From assembly GCA_037447605.1 (NCBI GenBank), contig CM074806.1, positions 2,046,001 through 2,110,000 of the forward strand: a stretch of 64,000 nt of DNA, read 5' to 3'. The translations under genes and the position numbers were made by a program. Below, piece by piece: positions 1 to 12,942 of the stretch. Origin of the DNA: Zygnema circumcarinatum SAG 698-1b. Its lineage: Eukaryota > Plantae > Zygnematophyceae. The notes below the pieces were generated by a model. The model did no database searches and had not been told where the DNA came from. It saw nothing but the letters and a program-made list of their open reading frames with translations. The number at the start of each line of letters is the position of its first letter. Position 1 is the first letter of the stretch.

Positions 1-84
1 GAACCATAGCAATGAGAATTTAGCATTCAAAATGGTCCGTTTAAAAACAAAAACTACAAAATCACAAGTTTTCTAACTTTGTGC

Positions 85-363
85 GTATGTCAGCAGTACC
101 GCCTTCCCGGTTCCCAGATTTCGATCGAAAGTCTTGATGTCATGACCATATTCGCACTAAAACTAAGGGGTAAACCTATTTTCAGGCACCTTGCGTTTCC
201 GCTGTGGCCAGTTCCCTTCGGTCATCTGCTTTATGCGAAAAAAAAGTAAAAAGGAAAAATCTTTATTTTTTTATTTCAATGTGTTGACCAATGGAGCAAG
301 AGATTTCACCTGCTATCGCGTGGCAACTGTCAAGGGAAACGGTAATCTGTTTTTGTGCCCAGT
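85..363 (+). repeat. Dispersed repeat (probable TE remnant), copy 1; inverted homolog at 9429-9604
   Basis: Three blocks match the reverse complement of 9429-9604 in the same order: cagcag..cccagatttcgatcgaaagtcttg, ggaaaaatct..tcaatgtgttgacca and gagatttcacctgctatcgcgtggca..ttgtgcccagt. This copy has about 115 extra bp after the first block. Confidence 0.7.
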
Positions 364-1473
364 AGTGCCGTATTCGTAAAAAAATCGGAAAGGTTCTTTA
401 TGTCGCCGTGTCCTTTCAAGCCTCCCTCCCCGCCAGCTTCAAGCTGAAGCCGCACAGGCAGACGGACGGCTCGCAGTTTTTCCTAATGGCCTAAACCGGG
501 CTGAGTTCGCAGCTTCAGAAAGAAACTCCGACATGGGACCGGACCCTGAAAGGCCGGACCCTATAAGGCAAACATCTTGCAATGCGTAAACTATTTTTAC
601 ATTCGTATCTGGTGGACGCGTGCTAATCAGAATTCTTACTCAAGAATCGGAGGTTTGATAAAGCGCTCAAAGACTGCGCCAGGTTGCCCTACATCTACTC
701 CTGGCTCACGCCATGTCGACAATCCAACCCGTGCGCAGACAGCCTGCATTTGCTTGCTTAACAGAATCTGCTCGTTTCGTCTGAAATGTTCCCATACTCT
801 ATTTGAATGTCCGAACACACTGAATTAAGACTAGAAATTCTTCTGGAGACGGACTGGGTTTCAACTTACATTGTCCCCCTACAGTAAAGAAACGTATTCA
901 GGACCAACAAGAGGTCTCCACTTGGCAACGCTTCAAGCCTGCACGCTCGATCTGTCTAAGGCACTTTACATGGCGCACGATTGAACTGCACTCCTTCACC
1001 CCCTCATCTTCAAACGTGCCGGGGATATGGACCCTGATCCGAAACCTCCATCAAAACAACCAGATGAACCTAGATAGAGAATCACACATAGGTCTATAGG
1101 CTGGAATTAGAGTTCCCTTTCACGTGAGAAGTGCGTGAGGGGTATCCCCGACCGTGGCCTCTCCGTGCAGTTGATCGATTCCATTGTCCCGCGGTCCTCC
1201 CTCTTGTCTGCAGCATTACTCCCCCCGCCCCCATACTGTCAATACTGGATCGAACAGGCTTATGAAAACACCAAGAAAGTGTACTAAGAAGATACTTCAG
1301 AAACAGCAGTATAACGGGATCTGCACAGACGAGTATGCCGCAATCCGGGCCGCAATTCATAATCTACTCATCGTGACTACTTAAACGGTCTCAATATAAA
1401 ATAGAGTAAATCAGCATAGAAGCGATCTCGACAGGGTTCCAAGTTTTCCTTCAGAGGAGGTCTCGACAAAGTT

Positions 1474-4400
1474 TCATGTTCCTTTTAGTCCGCGGAACAG
1501 AGGGTGCACAACCAATAGGTCTCTCTGTATAAGGACAAGCTGAGCGCAATAAGGACAAACCGCCAATTTTCCCTCGCCAGGCTCCCCTTTCTAAAAACAA
1601 AGAACTTCAATGACCAAGGGAAGGAGGGGTGATGCAGCCACCTGTACGCCGTTTTGAGCTGCTTGTGCTGCGGCTGCTTCCAAGCTATAGTCATTTTCCA
1701 TGCTCTGAGGTGCTCTGATATCGGATATATAATGCTCTGCCCTGAGGTCTCCACCTGTGCCCAATTCTCGTTTCAATATCTCCACTTGCCCTTGCAGCTC
1801 CTTCAATGCCTGCAACCACCGTGTGCCCCCTTCACCTTCAAACCCCCACACGACCGATTGCAGCTGGACCCAATGTTGACTCAGAAAGAAGCGTTCCCCT
1901 TGTGAGGCCATTCACCTGCCGATTCTCTGCTGCTGCTTGAAGCATGGCGGCGCTCTGATTGAGCTCGCCCTGCATCATGGCCATCGCCTCCTCTCTCGAC
2001 TCCATCGACTTCCTCAGAGAGTGCGCTTCTTCCTCCAGTTCACGGTTCCTCAGCTCGACTTGCCGCAAAGCCTGCATCATCCAAGTACTCACATTGACCG
2101 ATTGCATCATTATCGCAAGTGACAAGAGACAAGAGTTTCATATGTTATCCTAAGTATCGCATCCTACAGAGGTCCAAAAAGACAGTAAATAGGAACATGC
2201 TGGACTTGAGCAAAAAGTGTAGGGTCGTTGAATTTGACATTTGAGCCCAATAAAAAGCAGAAAGCACATTCTACTAATAAAGGGCAATAATTGCCACTGT
2301 AACTGGCATTGCTCTATCTTGCATTGGCCTCAGGCTCACCTGCTCTGCCCTGTGTGCCCTCAGATTGTCTTTCAGCTCCTTCCTCAGCTCCATCAGTAGC
2401 AGTTCCTTTGCCTCCAGATCCTCTTGAAGCTCTGCCTCTCTCTCACGCACTTCGTTAAGCTCCTGCGATGTTGCGGAAACATCACAGGAATTCAAAATAG
2501 AACAGAAAAAAGCTCACATCTTTCAATCCCTCCTCACTTATGTTTCCTCATTTTTTGGAAACACCAGGAAATGGAGGCTGCAATCGCAGTCCAGCAGACG
2601 AAGAATACAAGCTTTCAAGCCACAGGCACTATCCCTCAGAAGCTGCACCTGCTTGTATCGTGAAGCAACTTGCAATGCGTTTGTGCTGCTTCTTGTTTCA
2701 GTGCGGATCTCCATTAGCAGCGTATCTCTGGATTTGACCTCCTTCTCCAGGAAGGCAACTTGCCCTGTCAATTGTCCTATCCGTTTCTGGGCAATATCCA
2801 GCTCCTGCTCCCAGCTTTATCCCACAACACATCAGGCTGCAAGCTACACCGCATCGCGACATCATAATTTCCCATTATAATCACAAACCTGCTTTTCTAA
2901 AACTCCCTATAATCGAGCCACATTGATCCCATACATTACCTTGCGAGTTTGCGCAGCTGCCATAAGCATCTGCGCATTCCGAATAGTCTCCTCCTTCATG
3001 ACAGCCATTGCTTGCCCTTGCTTCACCATCTCCTCCTGCAAAGAGATTCCCAGGCCCGTCATCAATCAGTGAGCAATCACTACAACACCCCTAACACAAG
3101 AGGCAGACGGACGATAGCAATAGCAGCTGCAGCAGCATGGAAAAAATATACGAAACTAATCGCCAAGTACTCACTTCCATACCTTCAGTGTAGCCAATTC
3201 AGAAGAAAGCTCCTGAATCGTCCCTTCCGCTCCCCGCAGTGCCTGTTCCCGCTGAGCAGCACTCCTCAAAGCGTCTGACGAGGCTTCAAGTTCTTGCCGA
3301 AGCTCTGCCGAACCTGACTCTGATCGCTGTTCCAGTGCTTCTATAGTTTCGCGTGCATCTGCGAGTGACTGCCCATAACATGGAACAAAGAACAAAAATG
3401 ATAGATCGATGAAATGAAGGATAAAGCATCCATAACGCACACAACTTCGAAACAACAAAGCACATGAGTTGGAAAATATATGTTTGCTTTTCACTTCTGC
3501 CGTTGTTGCTTTTAAGTTTTCATAACCATGAGCTCTGCATTTGTAGCAAAAGCTAACTCATGAATTTGACTTTTCCTGTCACAAGTTTGGTGAACTGGCA
3601 TGATGAAAAGGAAGAACAAAAGCTATTTCTTCCATTTGAGAGTTATCCAATCATAAAACCCTTTTGTTGATGTAATCCGCCGTTTCTAGTGACTGAATGA
3701 GAAAAGTGGACGATCCCGCACAAAAAATTGGGAACAAAGAAGTCCACGATTTTCCAAGATTAGTTCATTCTCATACTGAAGGGTTCAAAGCCCACCTTTG
3801 AAGTCATATCAAGCATTTCACGCGTCTTTGCTGCTTCCTCTCGAGTGCGCTCCATGAGCTGATCTTTCCGTGAAACCTCAGCAGCGAGTTGTTCCAAGCG
3901 TGCCTTCATTGCCTCCGCTTCTTGCCGGGCTTCGGTCAATTCCTGTCAACCGCGCGTATAGATGCCCTCTTGATTTCTCTACATTACCAGCACTGAAATA
4001 GCCAGCACGTGTATGCTTAGCTTAGCAATTGGCACAACCTTACTTCTGTTTTCGTTTAAAGGAAACATCACTTGTAAACCATCTACCGAGAAAGAAAAGT
4101 CAAAATGCAAGTTAAGATGTGAAAACATGTACACTTCAAATCCCCGCCAAGTGGGATACCTCAATGGGCTAACTAGTAGGGTCAACAGTAACTGCCCCAA
4201 CGTAGGGTGCTCCTTTTGTCTTTGATGAAGCTGAAATACAGAAATACGAAAACTACTATCCTCATATGACAGACAGCCCCCCAGGCCCAAGCCTCAGGCA
4301 CTTAACGCCATTGGAGGAATACCATCACCAATACATGATGGGACGACCCACCGTTTGCAGCTGAATTTGATGTTCCCGCGCACGCGCTGTGTTTTGGCTC

Positions 4401-7400
4401 TCCTTCGCCAACATATCACCCGTGTGCTCCAATTGCTCTTCCATTCGCAGCGTTCGATCTCTTGCAGCCACCATTGCCTGCCAGGTGAAGAGAGCAAAGA
4501 TGAATAGCTGTAAAGTTCTATACATCTCTAGTACAGTGTTGAGTACTCGGGGGGTAAACCAAAGCCGCATCTTTGAAGTCAACACGCCCGGAAGGACACA
4601 TCTGTTTGATCATCCTATAGGCCACATTTATCAGGAATTTCTCCCTCCTTGTCTTTGCCACTGCCATTATCCATGATAACATTAATTTCTTTCTCCCTCA
4701 CCTTTGCCGCCTGCTGTAAAGCACTTGATGAAAGTGCGGCTTCTTGCTGAAGCTGTTGCAGCAAAGAGTCTCTCTGTCCCATGCCGTCCTCCAAAGCCTT
4801 CATTTGGCTGAGCAAATCGTTCTCTCTTCCTTTTGCCAAGTTCAGTTGCTGCCCCATCAAAACCCATCAAAATGTGAGGAACTACCACAACCCTTTTCAC
4901 CAAACGTGACAATGGCTTACCTAGGAACGTGGCACTGACGACAGGAAGACAGGAAGACAGGAAGATAGCCCGTATAGGCATAAACACATTGCAATTAACT
5001 GTGGCCAGCATTACGTTGCTGGAAAAAAATACTTTAGGCGAAACAAAACACAAAATACATGCCTACAGCAAACAGCACCCAAAAGGTGGACTGCACGATG
5101 ATTCCTTCCTTGGCCTTTTTAAAGTTCTTTCCATATTCCATCCTTGACGGAGATCCGGATACTCATCAGCTTTCCCATTCATTATCGCCTAAGTTGCATG
5201 TACTCAAGATGAAGGCAAGGAGGATCAGTTCTATGCCGTTGAAGCATTCCAGAGTCTGAAGCTTGCGTATCTTCAAGAAGATTATCGAAATCCAAATAGT
5301 TTCCGTATCACTTAAGCGCAAGGATCTACCTTCTGCAGCTCTGCCTTCTCTTCCTGCTGCACCTCCACCACTTGTCGTAAATCCTCCGCCTCCGAAGCTG
5401 CCACCTCAGCCTCCTTCAAGCGCTGGCAATATCTCCACCTCCCAACCATCCTCCAGCATCTTGTCACTATGAGAACACTGACAGGGGAATGCAAGGTAGG
5501 GCCAAGTTGCCAGGCCACGTAACATTGAAAACTGTCTAAACTGCATTCATGAGACTTACTTCATTTCCTGATAATTTGAATCACTCTAAAACAGTAAGAA
5601 ATTGCAATATTGAGCAAAAGACAGTCAAAAAAAGCTATCGCAATAAGTTCCTTTCAATTTAAAGCATTTTTACTCGAGAACCCATCCAGGCAGGTGTGCC
5701 TTACAGAGAAGAGGGCAATAGCTGAGCTTCACCTGGTAGACACGCTGATAGTCGGTTTGCAGTTTCTGAAGCCGTTGTTCCCCTACTGCTCGGTCCCTTT
5801 GCAACCCCTGCACCATCACTTGAAGTTTACGGACACGCTCTTCTGCTTCACGCATTGCTTGGCCCTGGCAGCAGAGTCACAGCAGTTTCAAGAAGTCACC
5901 AAATAGTCACTGGAGAATTCCTTTTGAGTTGAAGCCAAGCCCTTACAGCGCCTAGGTGATGGTCAGGAAAAAGTGCCCTGTACCAGCTCCATGTACCAAT
6001 GAGTAAATCTGGAATTATTACAAATCTGGCTTGTATACGGAATTGCGCGAATATGTGTTAGTGGACTTATGGTGAAGCGACTTGGTGGTGGTGGTCGCTA
6101 AAGGGAGGAACAGAGGGGAATGCAAAGTAGCACAGAGAGAGAGAGAGCAAGCGAGGAAGGGATAAGGGGAAAGCAAAAAACAAGACATCGTGCACCTTCC
6201 CTACACTACTCATCACTGTAGTCCTGTTGTGTCACGGGGTCGAGATGAGACCAGGTTGTAGGCGTAACTTCTGCAAATCAGTGAACATCATGTGGGTATG
6301 CCTTGTGCACACCTATCATAAATGTGATAACACTGGTGAGACACTGGTGTGACCACTGTAAACCTTGCTGAGAACCACTCCATTTGCTCTCAAAACATCA
6401 CTTTAAACACAAGCTGAAACAACTGCATATGTACAATGCCGCATTCCAAGGTGATCCAGTTCTATTCGCCTGTATGCATATGAAGCTGACGAAGCAGCAA
6501 ATGAACGTTACCGCTTCCGTAGATGGGCCGGCACTGAGTATGGACTCGATTTGTCGAGCTGAATTTCCAATATCCTGTGAAGCAATCCCCAACCCAATGA
6601 ATTGCTTAGCTTTAGTTCAGTCTACTTTCTTATCAAATGGCCGACATTTTCAAAATCTCCATACGGGTGAAAACAACGACAGCAGCTACAAAGGCAACAC
6701 CAAACATGCAAGAGAGGAAGTCCAGAATTCGCTTCAATGCAAAAGCCAAAGTTCATCCTAGTGCATCTCCACGAGCGAAGGCGACATACACGGTGAAATC
6801 AAAATGTTTCAACTTTGCCTATCTCACGCTGGTGACGGATACAACTCGAAACAGTTCAAGAAAGTAAACAGACCTAAAGCCAAAAGGGCTTCATGTATGA
6901 GGAAGCGTCACGGCTTACTTTCATTGCCAACAAAAGAAGTAGCAAGCTACAATGCACACAGGCAGAGTGTTTACGAACAATTTTTGTGAAAGAAATCAGA
7001 ATAAAAGTAAACCATTTTTTGGTCAGGAGTTGAGTGAAAATCTGCCGTGTTAACAGTAAACAGTATGGAACACCTAATAGCCTATTCTAGAAGAGCTCCA
7101 ATACCGAGCCAAAAAAATAGCTGATGTTAGGCATCAGAGGTTTGAAATTCCCAACAAACGATTACAGAGAGGAAAGTGAAATAAAGTAGGTACTTTCACC
7201 TAACTCCAAAAGAACAAGTGAACCCTCGTGAAGATGAATACACCAAAACTTTGTGGTCACAGTTTGCTTGGTGCTTACATTTCTTCGACTCGTGATGTCT
7301 GTTTCCAGCTGATTGACTCCTTTTGAAAGGGATGACAGCAGGCTTCTTGCTTTCTCGTAAGTGCTGCCCCACCCCTCACCCCCACCACTTGCATCGCTGT

Positions 7401-8522
7401 CGTCGTTGTCCTCCTCAAAAGCCTCGTCTCCATCGCCACCATCTACTGACAATCGCCTGGGAATCAATCCGGCATCCTGGTGAACAACCTGCACTGACCT
7501 GCAGCAAACAATAGCCTCATTGAATGCAGTAATAAATCACACCCACGGCGTATGACTTTTTCGATTTATGCATACGAAGTTTCTGGGCAGGCCAATACAC
7601 CTTGAGCTCACTTAGTTCACCCCTCCATTCCACTCATTACTTCCAAAAGAAGGGCCGTGAACTTGGGCTATAAGTTTACCGGACAGAAAAATAAAGAAAA
7701 TTTCTTTCATTTGCTGTGCGTTACTGGTATTAAAATCCACTATGACAGTACATATAGTGAGCTTACTGTCCAGGGGCGATAAAAAAATGGTTTTCACAAC
7801 AACAGTATTTAGAGAAAGCGCGTCGATTCCTACATTGAACCTTTCGATGCCTGCCTATAGCGTCAGACTTTGCAGCACATAGCCACTTCAGACAAAGCCT
7901 GCGAAAAAAATAATTCTTCAAACTAACGGACAAATCTGCAGAAGGAACAGTCAAAAGCTGTTCATCATGCTTTTCATCATCCCAACCCAATCGACAAGTC
8001 ACAAATAGCTTCAGTAAGGCCGAGATTAAAACTAATGGCAAAGCTTCTGACTGGCGAGTAGCCTTCTAGTTACCTTAGGACTGTTAAGGTGAAATCCTAA
8101 GGTGCCAGAAAACTTCTTGAACTTCAAACCCTCAATGGGCGAACTCAAGAGGGTGAGGGAATCCCTTAGTTCTTGAACCCTGAATGTAGAATCCGCATGA
8201 GAAAGAGGCCTAAATCTCTCACTATACAGTAAAGCAGAGCTTCATAAGCTTACTTGTCTCGAGCAGCGAATGCCACATGTCGCCCACCGCTTGTTCCTCT
8301 CCTTGCACCAGAGCAAAGCTCCAACTTTGGGCCAGCATCGACTCCAGGAAGCCTTTGACCGCAAATAGAAGTGCTCTTCAATGCCAGCCTGGCACTTATT
8401 CTCCATGTGTCAGCTCCGCCTCCATCGAGCCGCAACCCTACGAGCCCTAATCTTGCTTGCCACTTGTCAGGATGATAGAGGAACGGAGTGATTGAGTTAC
8501 TGCTGCTGCAGCTGACAGCCAT
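1474..8522 (-). CDS. Long coiled-coil protein (~710 aa) with Ser/Arg-rich plastid transit-peptide-like N-terminus; family not recognised
   Basis: 15 exons with GT-AG sites and consistent phase: 8522-8254, 7498-7279, 6574-6512, 5864-5733, 5422-5330, 4848-4702, 4477-4352, 3942-3796, 3368-3183, 3035-2940, 2804-2649, 2462-2340, 2071-1916, 1809-1642, 1524-1474. Content is E/Q/K/L heptad-rich (e.g. ELNEVREREAELQEDLEAKELLLMELRKELK). It starts MAVSCSSSNS. The first, third and last exon choices are less certain; an alternative stop at 1591 applies if the last intron is not spliced. Confidence 0.8.
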
Positions 8523-9428
8523 AGCCAAAAGTTGCCAAGAACCTTCCCTGGAAGAGGAACCTTTTCTCGACCAGGTAGACTTATCCTGCCCTCTGCGGGA
8601 CAAGCTAGGGCATTTCGAGTCAACGCTTCAGAACGACCGTCCAAACCATGCTTCTTGAATACTGCGCTCACTGCAGCATCTTGCGTCCAACGAAGATACC
8701 TTCTTGCGTCCACCCCTCCAAAACGGAAGCGCCATGTTGTAACCCCTCCTTCCCAAAGAGCTCAGCTCAGGCTGGGCCTTTCACCGCCTCCTGGCGCTGG
8801 TGCCCACTCTCTCCCCACAGTCCCCAGCACCTCGCCAAGGCCCCCGTTCAGGAGCGGGCCCAGCTCCCCCCGACGCTCTCGCGGGTGCCCTCCCTCCATG
8901 GCTGCCCTGCCCTGCCCTGCCCTGCCTTCCGCGGGCCTCCCTTCCCTTCCGTGGCTGGCTGGCTCCCTGCTGTTCCGTTCGCTCGTGCGGACCACGTGAC
9001 GTGACGATCTCAGAGCTTTCCTGCGCGCGACACGTGGTGCGCAGCACTTTGTCGGCAGCCAAAGGATGATTCGTTTTTCCCCTCGCTCGGCCAATCACGT
9101 CGCCGCGTCCGCTGTAAATTTGAGACAAAGAAATGCGCGGCCCCGTTGAACAGTACGGGCTTTGTTACATGGATCGGCGGCATAGAACCGTATGAACTGT
9201 GCGGGGACCCCGGAGGGACATCGTTGGTCCTCCCTCTCACTGAAACATCCGTCGCTGGGGCTCCCTCTCACTTCTTCTCAGGGAAGGGAGAAGAAGGGCA
9301 GCCCTAGGGTCCGTTTCCTTGGCGGAGTTTCTTCCCGGTTTCCTTTTGGAGCTGCGAACGCAGTCCGATTCGGGCCTTTAGCAAAAGTTGCGCGTGCGGC
9401 TCCAGCTGACAAACAAAAACCCTTTTAC

Positions 9429-9604
9429 ACTGGGCACAACAACTTCCCGTATGGCCCAACTGCTGCCACGCGATAGCAGGCGAAATCTCTCGCAGCAGTG
9501 TTCTGGTCACCACATTGAGGTGAAAAAGTAGAGATTTTCCCCATTTTGTACCAAGGCTTTCAATTGAAATCTGGGTACCGCGCGAACCTAAGCTGCTGAT
9601 ATAC
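9429..9604 (-). repeat. Dispersed repeat (probable TE remnant), copy 2; inverted relative to 85-363
   Basis: The reverse complement contains gagatttcgcctgctatcgcgtggca, ggggaaaatctctactttttcacctcaatgtggtgacca and cccagatttcaattgaaagccttg, matching 85-363. Confidence 0.7.
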
Positions 9605-9849
9605 GCAAAACGCCAGAAGAATAATTTGGCCCACATGACAACGGAACCTTACAGAAATTGTTTGATCACTTCCCTCAGAGTCTAATCAATCGATTTCTTA
9701 GCCAAAGCAAGCACAGCAAGAAGCAAGTAAACAAACCTACACAGCATGTTTCACGACACATTTTTTTTTTGAATAAAAGAATTGCCTCAATGAAAACGAC
9801 GAAGTAGAAACTTTCGACAGCAATACAAAAATTATGCTCATAGCTCTCT

Positions 9850-9909
9850 CCCCCCCCCCCCCCCCCCCCCCCCCNNNNNNNNNNCCCCCCCCCCCCCCCC
9901 CCCCCCCCC
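9850..9909. other. Poly-C tract interrupted by a 10-N assembly gap (9875-9884)
   Basis: 25 C, 10 N and 25 C are read directly from the sequence. Confidence 0.95.
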
Positions 9910-10273
9910 TTGTGGAGGCTCGTACATCTTTCGTACACGTTGACTGAACTAATTTCGATCTCCGGAACCATAGAACGCTCTTAGCTTCCCTTCCAAGTGC
10001 CACCCAAAATCTTGTTAGGCTCTCTCTTAAAAAATAAAAAAAAATGGGCTCAAACTAACGTACGATACACAAGTTTTCATCTACATTGCTGCAAAAAGGC
10101 AGGCAAGGCTGCCGGAACACACACAAGTGGAAGATCTCAGCAAAAGAATCCTGCTCTATCAAGTACACCATACAAACTACAAAATTGCAGTATTCGCATT
10201 GAAAGGGAAAAACACAAAATCGGCAGCTGCGCCCGCCCATGCTCTCACTTAATTCGAGTGAACCACACTCTCT

Positions 10274-12942
10274 TTAAACGTATCCGCCGCCCATCCTCAG
10301 GTCTTCCGTTGCAATGACGCCTTCCTCTACGAGCTTTTCTTCAAAACTGCGCAGCTGCCTCATAAATCCCGAGTTGGGGCACGCCTCCGGTCGAACACGC
10401 CTTACTTTGTTCAGAGCCGCCTCTAACGACAACCGCTGACTCTTCATCAAATAGCCCACCATCACCGTTACACTGCACCAAGAAAAGCAGAGCGCCTCCC
10501 CGCCAATCTTTCGTTTCATAAAGGAACACTTAAAGCCAAATTCCCACTTGATGCAACAGTCCCGTAGTGCAGTTTCTTCGTATGGTTCTCATGAAGCAAG
10601 CATGAACTTACGCCCAAAGCCGTAATACCCTGTGCCTTAGGGGTTCCAGTTCTACATCATATGCTGGGCTTTCAACGCGAGAAGAAAGCCGGAACCACTC
10701 CATCATCAGTTGGATGTGAAACCAGACTGAAGCAAGAAACTTCAAGTTCACAACTTTTACAGAAGGAAAATAAGTATAGCAAACAGACAAATTTACTTGT
10801 AAAGAAGCAGAATAGTATATATCCTTTTTGTAGTAAACATGCACATGCCCTTCTAATACTGCTGTCCCGATGGTGAGACATCAGCCAATACGAAACGCCT
10901 GGGCAAAAAGACCAAAGCTTCACCTTCTCGAACGTCCAGCAAAACAATGGATGAGAATGGCCCCTCCAGAGTTGATTGCGCCGTCTATTACCGCAAAACA
11001 TTCAGCAAAATGGGCTACCAAGTCCACCCTAGGAGAGTCGAGCACTGGGAGGTCCACGAGCAACACAATGCCATGAAGTTAGAGTTGTGCGGTGAGTCCA
11101 CACGGGTTTATACTGTCAAAAATCTGAACACTTAGCGAACGTTGCTTACACTACATCACATATCAGAGCAAGGCCTTATAACGTGAGCAAACAGCTTCCT
11201 TTGTGCAATCTCGTCAATCTATTGTCGAGAACAACGGAGAACAGTTTGTAAAGCACTTTCAATTATAGATGACCGGTAGAACTATTTTGTATTCACAGGC
11301 TCGACAGGGAAAAGTGAGGCAAAGCCTCGCAAGAGAAGCGCCTCGTCTGTGTACTCGGATTTCTGAGCAAGCCTTGTCAAATTCCAATCGACACAATTTG
11401 AAGAACTGACGTATTTTCCAGCTATGGTCGGGAAGGGAGTGCGATGCCATACAAGTGTCACGCTTTAGCCTTTCACGTCTGTTGTCAAAAAAGGGACAAA
11501 AGGGATCACCTTCAATGACAGTGTAATGAAAAAAGCCCGGCCATGGTGGCGGCAGGTGGTTAGCTACGGTGAGTACGTGAGTGACGCCTCTCTTCTGCAA
11601 TTCCTGCCGATTGTGTGCTGCTCCCACGGAGCCTAGGAATAAGCCCTGCACCAAGTTTCAATCCCCTACCAACCAAGTTAAGAATACACAGTTCATGAGG
11701 TGCCACAGAAAAAAAAAATCGAAACTCTTCCATGCAAAATGTACTTGCCTGGTCTACATACGATGGATGGCAAATGCAGCAAAAATAAAATTCGGGTTTG
11801 TCCCTGTCACCATTTCACTCCAATGAACAAAGAAACGCAATAATGAAAAGACTGCATGTGGTACAGCATACCTTATCGACCTCAACGGGCATATGATCTG
11901 ATTTCACACGTCTTGCCATCATCATGCTTCGCATAATATGCATGATTCTCTCCCTTTCCGCCTGCTCGGCCTCTGTAACCGCACCACTGATCTCCTGCAC
12001 AAATCTTGGAGGCATTCCCTTCGTTCTGTCGTCATCATCGTCATCTCGACGGTTGATTTCAATTTCCTCTTCATCATCTTCCTCTCCTAGGGCCCACCCA
12101 CCTTTCCTTCCACCATTGCACGCTCTGCCTATGCCGATGACCGGACTGTGACAGCCTTCTGCATGGCAACCTGCACTTGTACTTCGCCCCGTGTGTATGT
12201 TCTGACAAGAGGTACTTTTCCCATCCCTCAGTCGCTCAGCCTGACATTCGATTCCTCCTACAGCAGCGTCAGATTGTCCCCCCAGGTCGTCGCGCCAGCT
12301 GGAAGCATCAAAGTGGGCTGCCGAGGCTTCTGCACCTACAGTTTTCCGCTGAATATCTCCTGCAGCCGCATTCTCCCGTTCCTTCTCCTGTTCATTCTCA
12401 CCATCCCTTTTGTCAACTTCTTGCTTTTCACCCCTGACTCCTCGTCCTGCTAACTCCCGCAATTTCCTTACAACATCTGCGAATGCCGTGCTCGTAATTT
12501 CAGTGCCTTGTGTGTGCAATTTTTCATTTTCTCCACCTTCCCTCCACGGCCTTGATCTTTGCCCATTTCCCGTAATGTGCCACATGGTTTCTGCCTTCGA
12601 TGTTCTTGAAGCTTCAGTGCCTCGTCCGCGCAGTCTTTCAATTTCACTAGCTCCCCTTCCTGGCCCCGAGGTTTGTCCTATCAATGAGCTTGTCCACGTG
12701 TCGTAACCATCTACCCTTCGTCTCACTGTCGTATCACAAGCCTCCAAGCCAATACCATTTCCTAAAGCTTTTTCTGCTGTGAAACCATTTGCAGCAGCAT
12801 CTCCAGAACCATTCCATTTTTCTCTATCCTGCCAAGCAGTGGGATCAAGCACCCCACTTCGCTCACATTCCCTCGCCTCTTCCAGGTCGGCATCCTCGTT
12901 TTTAGTTGGTGTTTGCGCACCATCAAGTTGGCCCTCCTCCAT
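10274..12942 (-). CDS. Dual-specificity protein phosphatase, DsPTP1/MKP2-like (~508 aa), with a long low-complexity N-terminal extension
   Basis: Exons 12942-11872, 11645-11510, 11044-10924 and 10472-10274 (phases 0,1,2). The spliced product reads GLFLGSVGAAHN...THVLTV...VLDSPRVDLVAHFAECFAVID...ILIHCFAGRSRSVTVMVGYLM...RVRPEACPNSGFMRQL. This includes the HCxxGxSRS catalytic loop, the general-acid Asp and the PNxGF motif. An acceptor at 12955 suggests a 5' UTR intron. Confidence 0.92.

Noticed and set aside
560-1400. Short ORFs possibly from a decayed LINE or other TE
   Set aside because: No RT, endonuclease or zinc-finger motif could be recognised, and all frames have multiple stops.
5947-6000. 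Extra candidate exon of the coiled-coil gene (GTAAG donor at 5946)
   Set aside because: The translation is not coiled-coil-like, and the flanking exons already join in phase.
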